A stretch of DNA of 64,000 nt from Bradymonadia bacterium (GTDB lineage: Bacteria > Myxococcota_A > Bradymonadia > UBA7976 > UBA1532). The notes below the pieces were generated by a model. The model had not been told where the DNA came from and did not search any database. It saw only the letters and a program-made list of their open reading frames with translations. Each line of letters starts with the position of its first letter. The stretch's first letter is position 1. This document shows positions 10,401 to 19,133 of the stretch, in pieces. The translations under genes and the position numbers were made by a program. The stretch lies in the NCBI GenBank assembly GCA_046290225.1, contig JBKAGE010000082.1, positions 192,001-256,000 of the forward strand. The letters are read 5' to 3'.

Positions 10401-12056
10401 GCTCAAGGCACCGCATGGGACCGTGCCGCAGTGGCGAGCCAGCCTTCTACGGCCCTCGCGCGGCTCGAGGCCAGCCTGCGTCAGAGCACAGGTGCATCTC
10501 AAGGGGCGTGGTTGTCGCGCATCGTCACCCTCACCCGGCGTCTGTCGGTGATGGGCCTGAGCCCGAAACAAGCGGCCCCGATGGTGAGCAGCCAGCTGGC
10601 CCTGAGCCCGGCCCTGAACGCCGGGCTGCCCACGGCGATCACCGAGCTGGTGCAGCACGTGGCCCAAGCAAACGCAGCTGGCATGTCTGCACCTCGAGAT
10701 CGCGCCCTCGACGCGCTGCCTGCCGCCCTGCAGCGGCTCGTGCGCGAGGTCGAGACCCCCAGCTCTGGTCTGGCCTTCGACGCCCCCTCCACCGAGCTGG
10801 TGCAGGGTGAGCGCGACACATCAACGCCTCTCGGGGTGACCTCTGCGAGCGCCGAAGCCGGGCCAGCGGCGTCCAAGGCCGCCACCCGTACGCTCCAAGC
10901 GCTCAGCGCCATCGAGCGGACCATGGCCCGCCAAGCTCGACGGACAATCAGCCCCCCTGTCGCCCGGGCCATCGCCGGGGGCGAGGGCAGAGGGGCCGAC
11001 AGCACGGTGGGTCGAGTGGCTGCGCTGCTCGGTGAGGCCTTTGGCACCACAGGCGACGTCGCCGGCGAGGTGGTCGCTCAACGTGCGCCTCGCGACCCCC
11101 TGACGACGCGCACAAGCACCACCAGCGCAGGCGCTGCCTCCACTCGAGCGACTGTCCGCGCCAGCAAGGGCAGCAGTGACCCCCTCGTGCTCGACCTGTC
11201 CCAGCTCGGCGGAGCAGGCGCCATCGGCAGCCGCTCGGCGAGCTTCGCCCCGAGCCACAGCGATGCACTCAGTGATGTCGCCCCTGGCAAGCTCGGGGAT
11301 CGCGTCGACAGCTTCAGTGGCTTCTCACCCGCCTTTGCCGCCAGCCCTGGCGCCCTGCTCCGTGGCAGCACCCCCGGTGAGTCCACCTTCCTGCACGCGC
11401 AGAGCCTCGTGGAGCAGAAGAGCAGAAGCATCGCCGGTGAGACCATGGTGGGTGAGGCCAACCTCGAGCGCGCCCTCGTGGTGTACGAGCAGGCCCAAGC
11501 CGCACAAGGCAACGTCACCACCCCCGTGCCCCACGCGCCGAGCCCCACTCGCGGCGCCCCTGGCGCCCTGGCTCAAATCTTCGGCGGTGACGCCGGCAGC
11601 AGCAGCGGCTTCGCCGGCCAGCTGCCCGCAGCCCTCTCGGGCAACAGCGTCAGCTTCAGCGGGAGCGGTTCGAGCAAGGACGCCCCCGCCTTCACCGAGC
11701 TGCCCGGGGGCCTCAACATGCCCCCAGTTTTGCTCGGCGGCCTCTTTGGTGATCGAGGCCCCAGCATCGGCAGCGGTGATCCCGCCATGCCCCCGGCGCC
11801 CCCGTCGCGGATCATGGTGGACACCGGACACGCATCTCAACCTTCACCGGAGTCTGTCCTTCGGTCCACCCCCGGCGAGCGGCCCAACAGCAAGGCCGAG
11901 ACCAGCGAAGAGTCCCGGCACCGGCTCGCCCGGAACCAAGTGGATGATCAGCTCAGCGACGAAGAGGTCGACAAGATCGCCGAGCAGGTCATCTACACGC
12001 TCAAGCGCGAGGTGGAGATGGACAACACGCGTTATGGAGACGACGAATGGGACTGA
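7407..12056 (+). CDS. Very long Ala/Pro/Ser-rich low-complexity protein; candidate tape-measure/ruler
   Basis: 1549-aa ORF between tube and LysM genes. Mostly disorder-like composition, ending in a helical DEEVDKIAEQVIYTLKREVEMD motif; overlaps the next gene. Confidence 0.6.
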   Translation: MSDSGIGTSEGTLRVGEILRSPTPDHADTGLISAMTAFSGGISTRLESFGMAADTESAGGLVNDLASRWALPSGAAAFEVVDADSFDDLLVDWSVSVDGYTDLIYDLPHSIYVVPVDPVEEPTGFPARSVMPRRTAAPRPQPPRGALEAVKVAGRRPTPSAPRVVKERWRATDEAAPEGLLSPYPAAMGQAGAIDSALLRFPDARAEVRQGQRRAVIVDNGPSPLAGAGWSPRASGTAPAVRAAEMIAERSAQFDQLQTLTPPAAAVGFWLVEPDGPTTPGGIERMATDLAAEPTTRVSELAYDAPVMTAVRPRAPMAQQHTTRHPGQWQRIGERAVTPLLTRRPPISVQPASVQLASGQSASGLPASGLPASVQQGPSATAPAQAGLAAQRPTLSPVLPPSPTARMGLPADTHNVSASVPSTAVSAVPRLNPVAPAALSAPHRTSPIGARRGTAISDRIAPLTRRPSMPVRPTMSSAVALSESALAAPQASTPWWSEGWHEALSEELVSPRAVSAPQAAVTPTTVTPATASAMAPQAPPSASTSPLQPVLQPAPMAASALSSMTRSAFVPRGLSGATTTRPSMLPMASAERTAAFAQPAARRAVGQPAHLSAAPLSRLTSRGDTGVSELWTEAPTPEFYRAPASASPASAVQHTNSTSTPVARRASMAQATASQPGTSQHSAVRQQALTVASQRPISRSADRGRKVAVSSSTPAVTPSLTSIRAVASAAHRGEFVPQQALQAQQLAALVEGQALGGQVGRPASSPWQRPGYARAEGTLIRATSVTGPQEAHAITQAHAGNTGRTVMPSQTVGTRNPTISSAADAVAVRTAAPFMPASLAATTPAGGSTSEATLPGRARQSMGMISIDPSTTSAPMGTAVQMPEIFRGLGSVHQQRLETFLAQVGLAPMREEANLSLGQVAEITEGLHLSDDMLGGGTGELVQPIAEATTDPSEPGAAQPQQRRARQRTEAATQTAVTRATERLSATIAAHTAQLAASAQGTAWDRAAVASQPSTALARLEASLRQSTGASQGAWLSRIVTLTRRLSVMGLSPKQAAPMVSSQLALSPALNAGLPTAITELVQHVAQANAAGMSAPRDRALDALPAALQRLVREVETPSSGLAFDAPSTELVQGERDTSTPLGVTSASAEAGPAASKAATRTLQALSAIERTMARQARRTISPPVARAIAGGEGRGADSTVGRVAALLGEAFGTTGDVAGEVVAQRAPRDPLTTRTSTTSAGAASTRATVRASKGSSDPLVLDLSQLGGAGAIGSRSASFAPSHSDALSDVAPGKLGDRVDSFSGFSPAFAASPGALLRGSTPGESTFLHAQSLVEQKSRSIAGETMVGEANLERALVVYEQAQAAQGNVTTPVPHAPSPTRGAPGALAQIFGGDAGSSSGFAGQLPAALSGNSVSFSGSGSSKDAPAFTELPGGLNMPPVLLGGLFGDRGPSIGSGDPAMPPAPPSRIMVDTGHASQPSPESVLRSTPGERPNSKAETSEESRHRLARNQVDDQLSDEEVDKIAEQVIYTLKREVEMDNTRYGDDEWD
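8460..8534 (+). repeat. In-frame 15-bp tandem repeat, 5 copies (ASVQL/ASGQS/ASGLP/ASGLP/ASVQQ)
   Basis: gcttcagtgcagctt gcttcagggcaatcc gcttcagggctgccc gcctcagggctgccc gcctcagtgcagcag. Confidence 0.8.
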
Positions 12057-12715
12057 TCAAGCAGGCGATCCAGAGCATGGTCCCCGGGACCAACAAGCTC
12101 AGCATCACCCCCCTCGACGGGCGGCGGGCGCTCCAGCCTGTGGAGGCCCTGTTCAACCCCAAAGAGTACAGCATCCAGAAGAGCGTGCCCTGGAACCCCC
12201 AGGCCGCCGCGGGTCTCGACGCCCCCGACATGCAGTTCACCACCGGTCAGGGCGAGACTTTGAGCCTCGAGCTGTTCTTCGACACCTATGAGAAGGGGTC
12301 GAACGTCAAGGCCCACACCGACGCGCTGCACAACCTCGCCCTCATCGACCCCACCTTGCACCGGCCGCCGCTGGTCATGGCCTCGTGGGGCAAGCTGAGG
12401 TTCCAGGGTGTCATCGAGTCGATCAGCCACCGGTTCACCATGTTCCTCGAAGACGGCACCCCCGTGCGGGCCACCTGCACCGTGAGCCTGCGGGAAGCCC
12501 GCACCGCCACCCAGCAGAACCAGGAGGCCCCTCGGGAGAGCCCTGATCACGCCAAGCTGCACGCCGTGCGTCGTGGCGAGACGCTGCAGGCCATCGCCGC
12601 CGAGGAATACGAAGATCCGTCCGAGTGGCGGCGCATCGCCGACGCCAACGGCATCGATGATCCGCTGCGCCTCGAGCCCGGCACCAAGCTGATCATCCCG
12701 CCGATCCTGAGCTGA
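12047..12715 (+). CDS. CIS tube-initiator protein with C-terminal LysM domain (Afp7-like)
   Basis: LFNPKEY, LELFFDT, HRPP..WG, MFLEDGTPVRA; LysM HAVRRGETLQAIA...WRRIADANGIDDP...PGTKLIIP. Confidence 0.9.
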   Translation: MGLIKQAIQSMVPGTNKLSITPLDGRRALQPVEALFNPKEYSIQKSVPWNPQAAAGLDAPDMQFTTGQGETLSLELFFDTYEKGSNVKAHTDALHNLALIDPTLHRPPLVMASWGKLRFQGVIESISHRFTMFLEDGTPVRATCTVSLREARTATQQNQEAPRESPDHAKLHAVRRGETLQAIAAEEYEDPSEWRRIADANGIDDPLRLEPGTKLIIPPILS

Positions 12716-12776
12716 GCGATCACTCGCCCCAAGCGCCACCGAACTCAAACCTCACCGAACCAACGCCGAGCAGCCC

Positions 12777-13871
12777 ATGGAAACCTCGAACCGGGTCCCC
12801 GACTATAAAATCAAGGTCAACGGCTCCGAGCTGCCACAGGAAGATCGGGTCAACGTGCAGGAGATCTTCGTCGATCTCAGGCGACAGGCCCCGGCCAGCG
12901 TGGAGATTCAGCTCAACAACCACGAAGGCACCTACGACGAGCGGGAAGATCTCGCCCCCGGTGCCCAGATCAGCGTGGAGCTCGGCTATCAGGACGACAG
13001 CACCACTCAGGTCTTCGAGGGCGAGATCATCGGCACTCAGGTGAAGGCCAAGCAGAACGGCCCGCGGGTCTTCTTGATCCGGGCCTTCGACTACAGCCAC
13101 CGCCTGACCCGAGGGCGCAAGCAGCGCAACTTCAACAGCCAGAAGTTCAGCGATCTCGTCACCACCCTCGCCCAAGAGGTGGGCCTCACCCCCGACGTGG
13201 AAGACACCCAGTTCAACCGCGAGTACGTGGCCCAGCACAACCAGACCAACCTCGACTTTGTGCGGGGCATGGCCGGCTGGCTCGACTTCGACCTGTGCAT
13301 TCGGCACCTCGAAGATCCGAAGAAGCTGCGGTTCAAGCCACCAGAGCTCTCCGCCGCCGAGGCGGTGACGGTGGTCTACGAGAACCCCAACCTGCAGAAC
13401 AACGAGCTGCACCTGAAGAAGTTCGATGGTCGGCAGTCCCTCGCCCGCGTGGTGAGCCACGTCACCGTCCGAGGCTGGAACCCCGGGGGCAAGGCCGCCT
13501 ACATCGGCCGCGCGGGGCCCGACAAGCTCTACGACGAAATGTCGGGCGATTCTTCGGCGGTGCAGATGGTGCTCGACAAGTGGGGCGAGACCGAGCGGCA
13601 GATCGTCGACTGCAAGGTCTTCAGTCAGGAAGAGGCCGACAAGATCGCCGAGTGCAAGCTCAACGAGTACGCCCGCACCTTCATACGCGTCGACATGGAA
13701 GTGCAGGGCAGCACGCTCCCCTACCCCGGCTGCACCGTGAAGGCAGAGCGGGTGGGCCCGCGGTACGACGGCAAGTACTTCGTCGACTCGGTCCACCACA
13801 TCTTCACCTCGAAGGTGGGGGCCAGCCACGGCTACACCACCCGCTTCATCGCCAGCCGCTGCGCCTGGTGA
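12777..13871 (+). CDS. Phage late control D / gp27-like baseplate hub (VgrG N-terminal part only)
   Basis: ELGY...VFEGEI, AFDYSHRLTRGRK, QHNQTNLDF, VTVRGWNP, GKYFVDSVHH. Ends after 364 aa with no gp5 OB-fold or beta-helix. Confidence 0.85.
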   Translation: METSNRVPDYKIKVNGSELPQEDRVNVQEIFVDLRRQAPASVEIQLNNHEGTYDEREDLAPGAQISVELGYQDDSTTQVFEGEIIGTQVKAKQNGPRVFLIRAFDYSHRLTRGRKQRNFNSQKFSDLVTTLAQEVGLTPDVEDTQFNREYVAQHNQTNLDFVRGMAGWLDFDLCIRHLEDPKKLRFKPPELSAAEAVTVVYENPNLQNNELHLKKFDGRQSLARVVSHVTVRGWNPGGKAAYIGRAGPDKLYDEMSGDSSAVQMVLDKWGETERQIVDCKVFSQEEADKIAECKLNEYARTFIRVDMEVQGSTLPYPGCTVKAERVGPRYDGKYFVDSVHHIFTSKVGASHGYTTRFIASRCAW

Positions 13872-13909
13872 TCGGGCAACAGTGAGGCTCGAGCCGGGAG
13901 GGGCCCATC

Positions 13910-14566
13910 ATGGATGAGTCGAAGCTCGTCGACTGGTACGACATCATCGAGGCCATCGCCAATGGCCGCCTCGACGGTCACACCTGCCCGAATTGCGGCC
14001 ACCAGGGCCTTGAGATCAGCCACGAGAACTATCAGATGAGCGCCCGGTGCCCGAACTGCAACGAGGGGTTCTCTGGTCGTGGCGGTGGCCGGGACGACGC
14101 TTATGATCGGGAGGCCGCCGAGTTGATGGCGCGGCAGTCTCGGCGGCGGCAACCTTCGGTCACGGGACGCACCGTCGGCGTCACCGATCCCAACCTGTGC
14201 CCTCCGGTCCCTGGCGATGGCACCGTGAGCCCCGGGCTCGCGGCCATCCCCGCCCGCCCCTCGGCCCCGAGCCGACCCCCGCCGGTGAGGGCCAACGCCA
14301 CCCTCTACGAAGATCCGCCGGGCACCAAAAAACCCGAGCGCCGCGGAGAGCCCTGGGCGTGGCAGCTGCCCCACCAGGGGGGCGAACCCGACCCGGACGC
14401 GCTGGCCCTGTGGATGCCCCTCGTGGAGTCGATTCACAACGGCAGGCGCACGGGATTAACCTGCCCCTTCTGTAGCGAGCCGCTGCATGATATCCATCAT
14501 CAGCCACCCCACCTGCGCATCGTCTGTCGCCAGTGCGGCGAAGCCTTCGAGGGCAGGATCGGGTGA
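13910..14566 (+). CDS. Hypothetical protein with two homologous CxxC-CxxC zinc-ribbon modules
   Basis: WYDIIEAIANGRLDGHTCPNC...CPNCNEGFSGR and WMPLVESIHNGRRTGLTCPFC...CRQCGEAFEGR separated by a Pro-rich linker; GGGAGG RBS upstream. Confidence 0.7.
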   Translation: MDESKLVDWYDIIEAIANGRLDGHTCPNCGHQGLEISHENYQMSARCPNCNEGFSGRGGGRDDAYDREAAELMARQSRRRQPSVTGRTVGVTDPNLCPPVPGDGTVSPGLAAIPARPSAPSRPPPVRANATLYEDPPGTKKPERRGEPWAWQLPHQGGEPDPDALALWMPLVESIHNGRRTGLTCPFCSEPLHDIHHQPPHLRIVCRQCGEAFEGRIG

Positions 14567-14674
14567 GCCCGAGGGCTGCTCGCGCATGCAGCCCGAGAGG
14601 GCGCTGGCGTACTGGGTGCGAGCGCCCTGGGCGCCGTGCGGCAGTGAACATCACATCGTGAGGGTGATCATCCC

Positions 14675-15082
14675 GTGAGCACAGATCGGAGCTTCCTCGG
14701 CCGCGGCATCGCTTTTCCCATGAAGATCGATGGCGCCGGCGGACTCGCCCTCTCTTCCTACGAAGAGAACATCGAAGAGTGCATCCGCATCATCCTCGGC
14801 ACCGCCCCTGGCGAGCGGGTCTACCGCCTCGACTTCGGCTGCCGCATCCATGATCTGCTCTTCGCCCCGAACAACGCCAACACGCGCAACCTCGCCTCGT
14901 TCTATGTGAGAGAGGCCCTCATGAAGTGGGAGCCCCGCATCCGGGACATCGAGGTCGAGGCCGGGGCCGATCCGCTCAAGCCCAACACGCTGCGCATCGA
15001 GATCAGCTACGCCGTTCGGGCCACGAACTCCCACTACAACCTGGTTTACCCCTTCTACCTGCGTCGCGAGGATGACCTATGA
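14675..15082 (+). CDS. Baseplate gp25/gpW-like protein
   Basis: FLGRGIAFP, IRIILGTAPGERV..DFGC, WEPRI, NLVYPFY. Confidence 0.93.
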   Translation: MSTDRSFLGRGIAFPMKIDGAGGLALSSYEENIEECIRIILGTAPGERVYRLDFGCRIHDLLFAPNNANTRNLASFYVREALMKWEPRIRDIEVEAGADPLKPNTLRIEISYAVRATNSHYNLVYPFYLRREDDL

Positions 15083-18000
15083 TCCCGATCCCCAACCTTG
15101 ATGATCGCACCCACCGGGAGATCGTCGAGGAGGCGTTGAAGCTGATCCCGCAGTATTGCCCCGAGTGGACCAACTTCAACCCGTCTGATCCGGGCATCAC
15201 CCTCATCGAGCTGTTCGCCTGGATGACCGAGATGGCCATCTATCGGCTCAACAAGGTCACCGACAAGAACTTCATCGCCTTCCTCAACCTGATGGGGGTG
15301 AGGCTGCAGGCGCCGCAGCCGGCCCACGCGCTACTGCAGTTCCAGCTCGTGAAGGGCGGCCCGCCCACGTGGATCAGGCAGGGCTTCCAGATCAGCACTG
15401 TGCCCGACGGCAAGGACGATCCGGTCATCTTCGAGGTGGAGAGCGATCTGCTCGTCAGCGACAACACCCTCGAGAAGGTCTTCACCCAGGTGAGCGACCT
15501 CTACGAGGACCAGACCCCCTTCATCGACGGCCGCCGTCGCGAGGGCTTCGAGGTCTTCGGGGGTCACAACCACATCGAGCGCAGCCTCTACCTCGGTGAT
15601 CTGCGCTTCGAGCAGCTCAACGAAGACGCCACCCTCATCATCAAGATCGACAGCCCGGCGAACCACGCCCTCGTCGATCAGCTCGAGTGGGAGTATTGGA
15701 ACGGCCGCCGCTGGCGTGAGCTGAGCCGCTCCCTGAGCGAGACTGAGGAGGGCGCCATCGCCTTCGAGGACATCGATCAGATCGAAGCCACCGACGTGAA
15801 CGGCGTCGGCGTGCCCTGGATCCGAGGCCGCCTGATCGACACCCCTCAGAACACTGATCAGACCCTCATCGAGACCGTCGTCGCCCGCATCGAGCTCAGC
15901 GGCGAGGGCCTCAAGCCCGAGAAGGCCTATGTGGCCCACGTACACGACAACAGCACCGTGTACATCACCGTGGACGACAGCCGCACCTGGGCCCCCTTCG
16001 GCAAAGAGCCCAAGACCGAGCACACCCTCTACCTGATGCCTGGGGCCTTCCCCCAGGAGCCGGGCTCGGTGATCCGCCTCGAGGTGCAGCTCGCCGACCG
16101 CAAGACCCACGACGCCCCGGAGCCCAGCGATGATCTCAGCCTGCGCTGGGAGTACTGGAACGGCAAGAAGTGGGCCCCGCTGTGCCTGAAAGCCACCCCC
16201 GAGGGCGCCGAGAGCGCCGTCGACGTCGACTTTGTCGACGGCACCGAGGCCTTCACCCACTCCGGGGAGATCAAGTTCAAGCGCCCCGCCGATCTCGCCA
16301 GCACCGACGTGCAGGGCGAAGAGGGCACCTGGATCCGCGTACGCATCGAGGCCGGCGACTACGGCGAGGCCGGGCAGTACGAGCTCGACGGCGACCGCTG
16401 GCTCTGGCGCAACGAGCGCCCCCTGCGGCCCCCGTGGGTGAAGCAGATGGTGTTCCGGTACACCGAGCGCGATCGGTTCGTCGATCATGTGCTCACCTAC
16501 AACGACTTCGCCTACTTCGACCACTCGATGACCGCCCGGACCCCCCTCAAGGTGTTCCAAGCCTTCGAGCCCTCAGTAGAAGACAGCCCCACGCTCTATC
16601 TGGGCTTCAAGCAGGCCATGCCCAACGAGCCTGGGCAGATCTACTTCCAGATGACCGAGAACACTGCGGTACAGCGCGATCGCCGCCACGCGGAGTATCT
16701 CTCGCAGTACTACGCCGAGCGCGATCAGGTCCTCGACGCCGAGCAGCGGGTCATCTGGGAGTACTGGAACGGCCTGGAGTGGGTGAGCCTGAGCGCTGAA
16801 GACGGCACCCGGGCCTTCACCGAGAGCGGGTTCCTGCAGTTCGTGGGCCCCGAAGACTGGAAGCGCAGCAAGCGCTTCGGCGAAGCTCTGTGCTGGCTGA
16901 GGGCTCGCCTCGAGATGGGGGGTTATCACCAGATGCCCCGCATCAGCCACGTGCTGCTCAACACCGTGAGCGCCAAGAACCACCTGAGCTTGAAGAACGA
17001 GGTCCTCGGCGCCAGCGACGGCACCCCCAACCAGACCTTCAAGTTCGCCCAGGGTCCCGTGCTCGAAGGTCAGGAGATCCGGGTCCGCGAGAAAGAGCTG
17101 CCCGACGGCCCCGAGAAAGACGCCCTGATGAAGCAGGGCGAAGATGTGGTCGAGCCCGCAGGCAAGAGCGGCTTCTGGGTGAAGTGGACCGAGGTGGAGA
17201 GCTTCTACGACAGCACCGGTCGTAGCCGGCACTACATCATCAACCGCACCGACGGCACCGTGCAGTTCGGCGACGGCAACAAGGGCATGATCCCGCCCTC
17301 GGGGAACGCCAACGTCGTGGCCCGACGCTACCGCATCGGCGGCGGCGTGCGGGGCAATGTCACCGCCCAGACCGTCACCGCCATGCGCCAGAGCCTCCCG
17401 TACATCGAGGCGGTGGGTAACCCCTTCCCCGCCGCCGGAGGCAGCGACCAGGAGACCGTCGAAGAGGCCAAGGCCCGCGGGCCTCACCTCATCAAGAGCC
17501 GGAACCGCGCCGTCACCGCCGAAGACTTCGAGTGGCTCACCCTGCAGGCCTCGAACGGCGTCGCCCGGGCCAAGTGCCTCACCACCATCGGCCGTGAGGG
17601 CGAGATCACCATCGTGGTGGTGCCCAAGCAGGACGAGCGGGATCGCGATCTCAAGGTGAAGCTCAGCCCCAGCGCCGAGCTGTTGCGCCGGGTGAAGAAC
17701 TACATCGACGAGCGGCGCCTGCTCACCACCGTGGTCAAAATCTCGCCGCCGAAGTACGTCGAGGTGAGCGTCAAGATCGAGGTGATCCGCAAGGTGGCCA
17801 GCGGCGACAAGCAGCTCAAGAACGCCATCGAGCAGCGGCTGCGTACGTTCCTGCACCCCCTCGTGGGCAGCCGGAGTGGCGGTGGGTGGCCTTTTGGGCG
17901 CAACGTGCTCAAGCTCGACCTGTATCACGTCATCGAAGACATCCCCGGGGTCGATCTCGTCGATCGCATCCGGCTCTTCGACGAAGACCGCCGCGAAGAG

Positions 18001-18087
18001 GTGGAGCAGATCAAGGTGGCCGCCAACCAGCTCGTGCACCTCGTCGACGTCACCGTGGTCGAGAAGCCCCGTGAAGAGTTCCTGTGA
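15079..18087 (+). CDS. Large baseplate wedge protein (gpJ-like, Afp11/12-type)
   Basis: PNLDDRT, CPEWTNFNPSDPGITLIELFAW, FGDGNKGMIPP, YRIGGGVRGN, RAVTAEDFE, GWPFGR. Confidence 0.92.
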   Translation: MIPIPNLDDRTHREIVEEALKLIPQYCPEWTNFNPSDPGITLIELFAWMTEMAIYRLNKVTDKNFIAFLNLMGVRLQAPQPAHALLQFQLVKGGPPTWIRQGFQISTVPDGKDDPVIFEVESDLLVSDNTLEKVFTQVSDLYEDQTPFIDGRRREGFEVFGGHNHIERSLYLGDLRFEQLNEDATLIIKIDSPANHALVDQLEWEYWNGRRWRELSRSLSETEEGAIAFEDIDQIEATDVNGVGVPWIRGRLIDTPQNTDQTLIETVVARIELSGEGLKPEKAYVAHVHDNSTVYITVDDSRTWAPFGKEPKTEHTLYLMPGAFPQEPGSVIRLEVQLADRKTHDAPEPSDDLSLRWEYWNGKKWAPLCLKATPEGAESAVDVDFVDGTEAFTHSGEIKFKRPADLASTDVQGEEGTWIRVRIEAGDYGEAGQYELDGDRWLWRNERPLRPPWVKQMVFRYTERDRFVDHVLTYNDFAYFDHSMTARTPLKVFQAFEPSVEDSPTLYLGFKQAMPNEPGQIYFQMTENTAVQRDRRHAEYLSQYYAERDQVLDAEQRVIWEYWNGLEWVSLSAEDGTRAFTESGFLQFVGPEDWKRSKRFGEALCWLRARLEMGGYHQMPRISHVLLNTVSAKNHLSLKNEVLGASDGTPNQTFKFAQGPVLEGQEIRVREKELPDGPEKDALMKQGEDVVEPAGKSGFWVKWTEVESFYDSTGRSRHYIINRTDGTVQFGDGNKGMIPPSGNANVVARRYRIGGGVRGNVTAQTVTAMRQSLPYIEAVGNPFPAAGGSDQETVEEAKARGPHLIKSRNRAVTAEDFEWLTLQASNGVARAKCLTTIGREGEITIVVVPKQDERDRDLKVKLSPSAELLRRVKNYIDERRLLTTVVKISPPKYVEVSVKIEVIRKVASGDKQLKNAIEQRLRTFLHPLVGSRSGGGWPFGRNVLKLDLYHVIEDIPGVDLVDRIRLFDEDRREEVEQIKVAANQLVHLVDVTVVEKPREEFL

Positions 18088-18155
18088 AGAGTTCTTGTGA
18101 GCCCATGACCCGTCGTATAGACCCTTCTTCACGTACTTTCAGGGAGTAGCCTCGG

Positions 18156-19130
18156 GTGGCTGATCCGCGACCGAGAGAGCGACAGACAGTCCGTATGCCC
18201 GAGGTGGTGGGCATCATGCTGGAGAACGCCCAGCTGATGCTCACCAACGAGCACTTCGATCTGCGCCGGGTGAAGCTGCGGTACGAAGAGGCCTATCGCC
18301 CCGAAGACGAGGTGCTCAAGCAGCACCCGCAGCCCGGGGCCGTGGTGGCCACCGACGAGCCCGTAGAACTGGTCGTCAGCCGCCGCAGCCTGGTGAACCA
18401 CCTGCCTCAGGTCTATCAGAAGTCCGACAGCACCGGTCGGCACATGCTCAGAGATTTTCTGTGGGTCTTCGACCACATCTATGCCGATCTCGAGCGTACC
18501 CTCAACGGCCTGCACCGGTACTTCGACCCCCTCGAAGCCCCTGGAGAGTTTCTCCCCTGGCTGGCGAGCTGGGTGGCCCTCACCATCAACCAGGGCTGGG
18601 ACGACGCCAAGAAGCGCAAGCTGATCCGCGAGGCCATCGGCATCTACGGCTACCGGGGCACCGTGCGGGGCCTCAAGCTCTTCTTGTCGATCTTTACCGA
18701 CGTCGAGCCCGACATCCACGAGAACAAGTGGCCCTACAAGGGCTTCCGCGTCGGCAAGGTGAGGGTGGGCGTCGACTCGGTGGTGATCCCTCAGGTGAAC
18801 CTGTCCCACTGCTTCATGGTGGAGATCCCCGCCGAATATCGGCACGTCGACGACAACGAGATCATCAAGATCCACGACATCATTCGCATGGAGAAGCCCT
18901 CCCACACCGCCTACTGCCTGACCTTCAAGGCCGCCCCCAAGGAAGATCTGCTGCAGCCCTTCCGCATCGGCGTCGGCCGCCTGGGCCTTCGGGAGTCCGG
19001 GGTCATGGGCAGCCGCCCGAGCGAAGCGGTCATGGAGGCCTTCCAGGAGAGAGACACCCTCGGCGAGGGTGCTACCAGCGAGCCAGCGACCGGCGACTCC
19101 TCGGGAGATGCCGAAGACACAACGGAGTGA
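18156..19130 (+). CDS. PASTA domain fused to P2 gpI-like phage tail/baseplate protein
   Basis: N-terminal VRMPEVVG...A..ML...VLKQHPQPGAVV...VELVVS (PASTA), then HLPQVY, YFDP..APGEFLPWLASWV, RGTVRGLK, EKPSHT (gpI). Confidence 0.85.
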   Translation: MADPRPRERQTVRMPEVVGIMLENAQLMLTNEHFDLRRVKLRYEEAYRPEDEVLKQHPQPGAVVATDEPVELVVSRRSLVNHLPQVYQKSDSTGRHMLRDFLWVFDHIYADLERTLNGLHRYFDPLEAPGEFLPWLASWVALTINQGWDDAKKRKLIREAIGIYGYRGTVRGLKLFLSIFTDVEPDIHENKWPYKGFRVGKVRVGVDSVVIPQVNLSHCFMVEIPAEYRHVDDNEIIKIHDIIRMEKPSHTAYCLTFKAAPKEDLLQPFRIGVGRLGLRESGVMGSRPSEAVMEAFQERDTLGEGATSEPATGDSSGDAEDTTE

Positions 19131-19133
19131 TCC

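Noticed and set aside
18071..18100. 13-bp tandem duplication gtgaagagttcct/gtgaagagttctt at the gpJ stop
   Set aside because: Looks like a simple local duplication of the gene end; no element lies between the copies and the ORF is intact.
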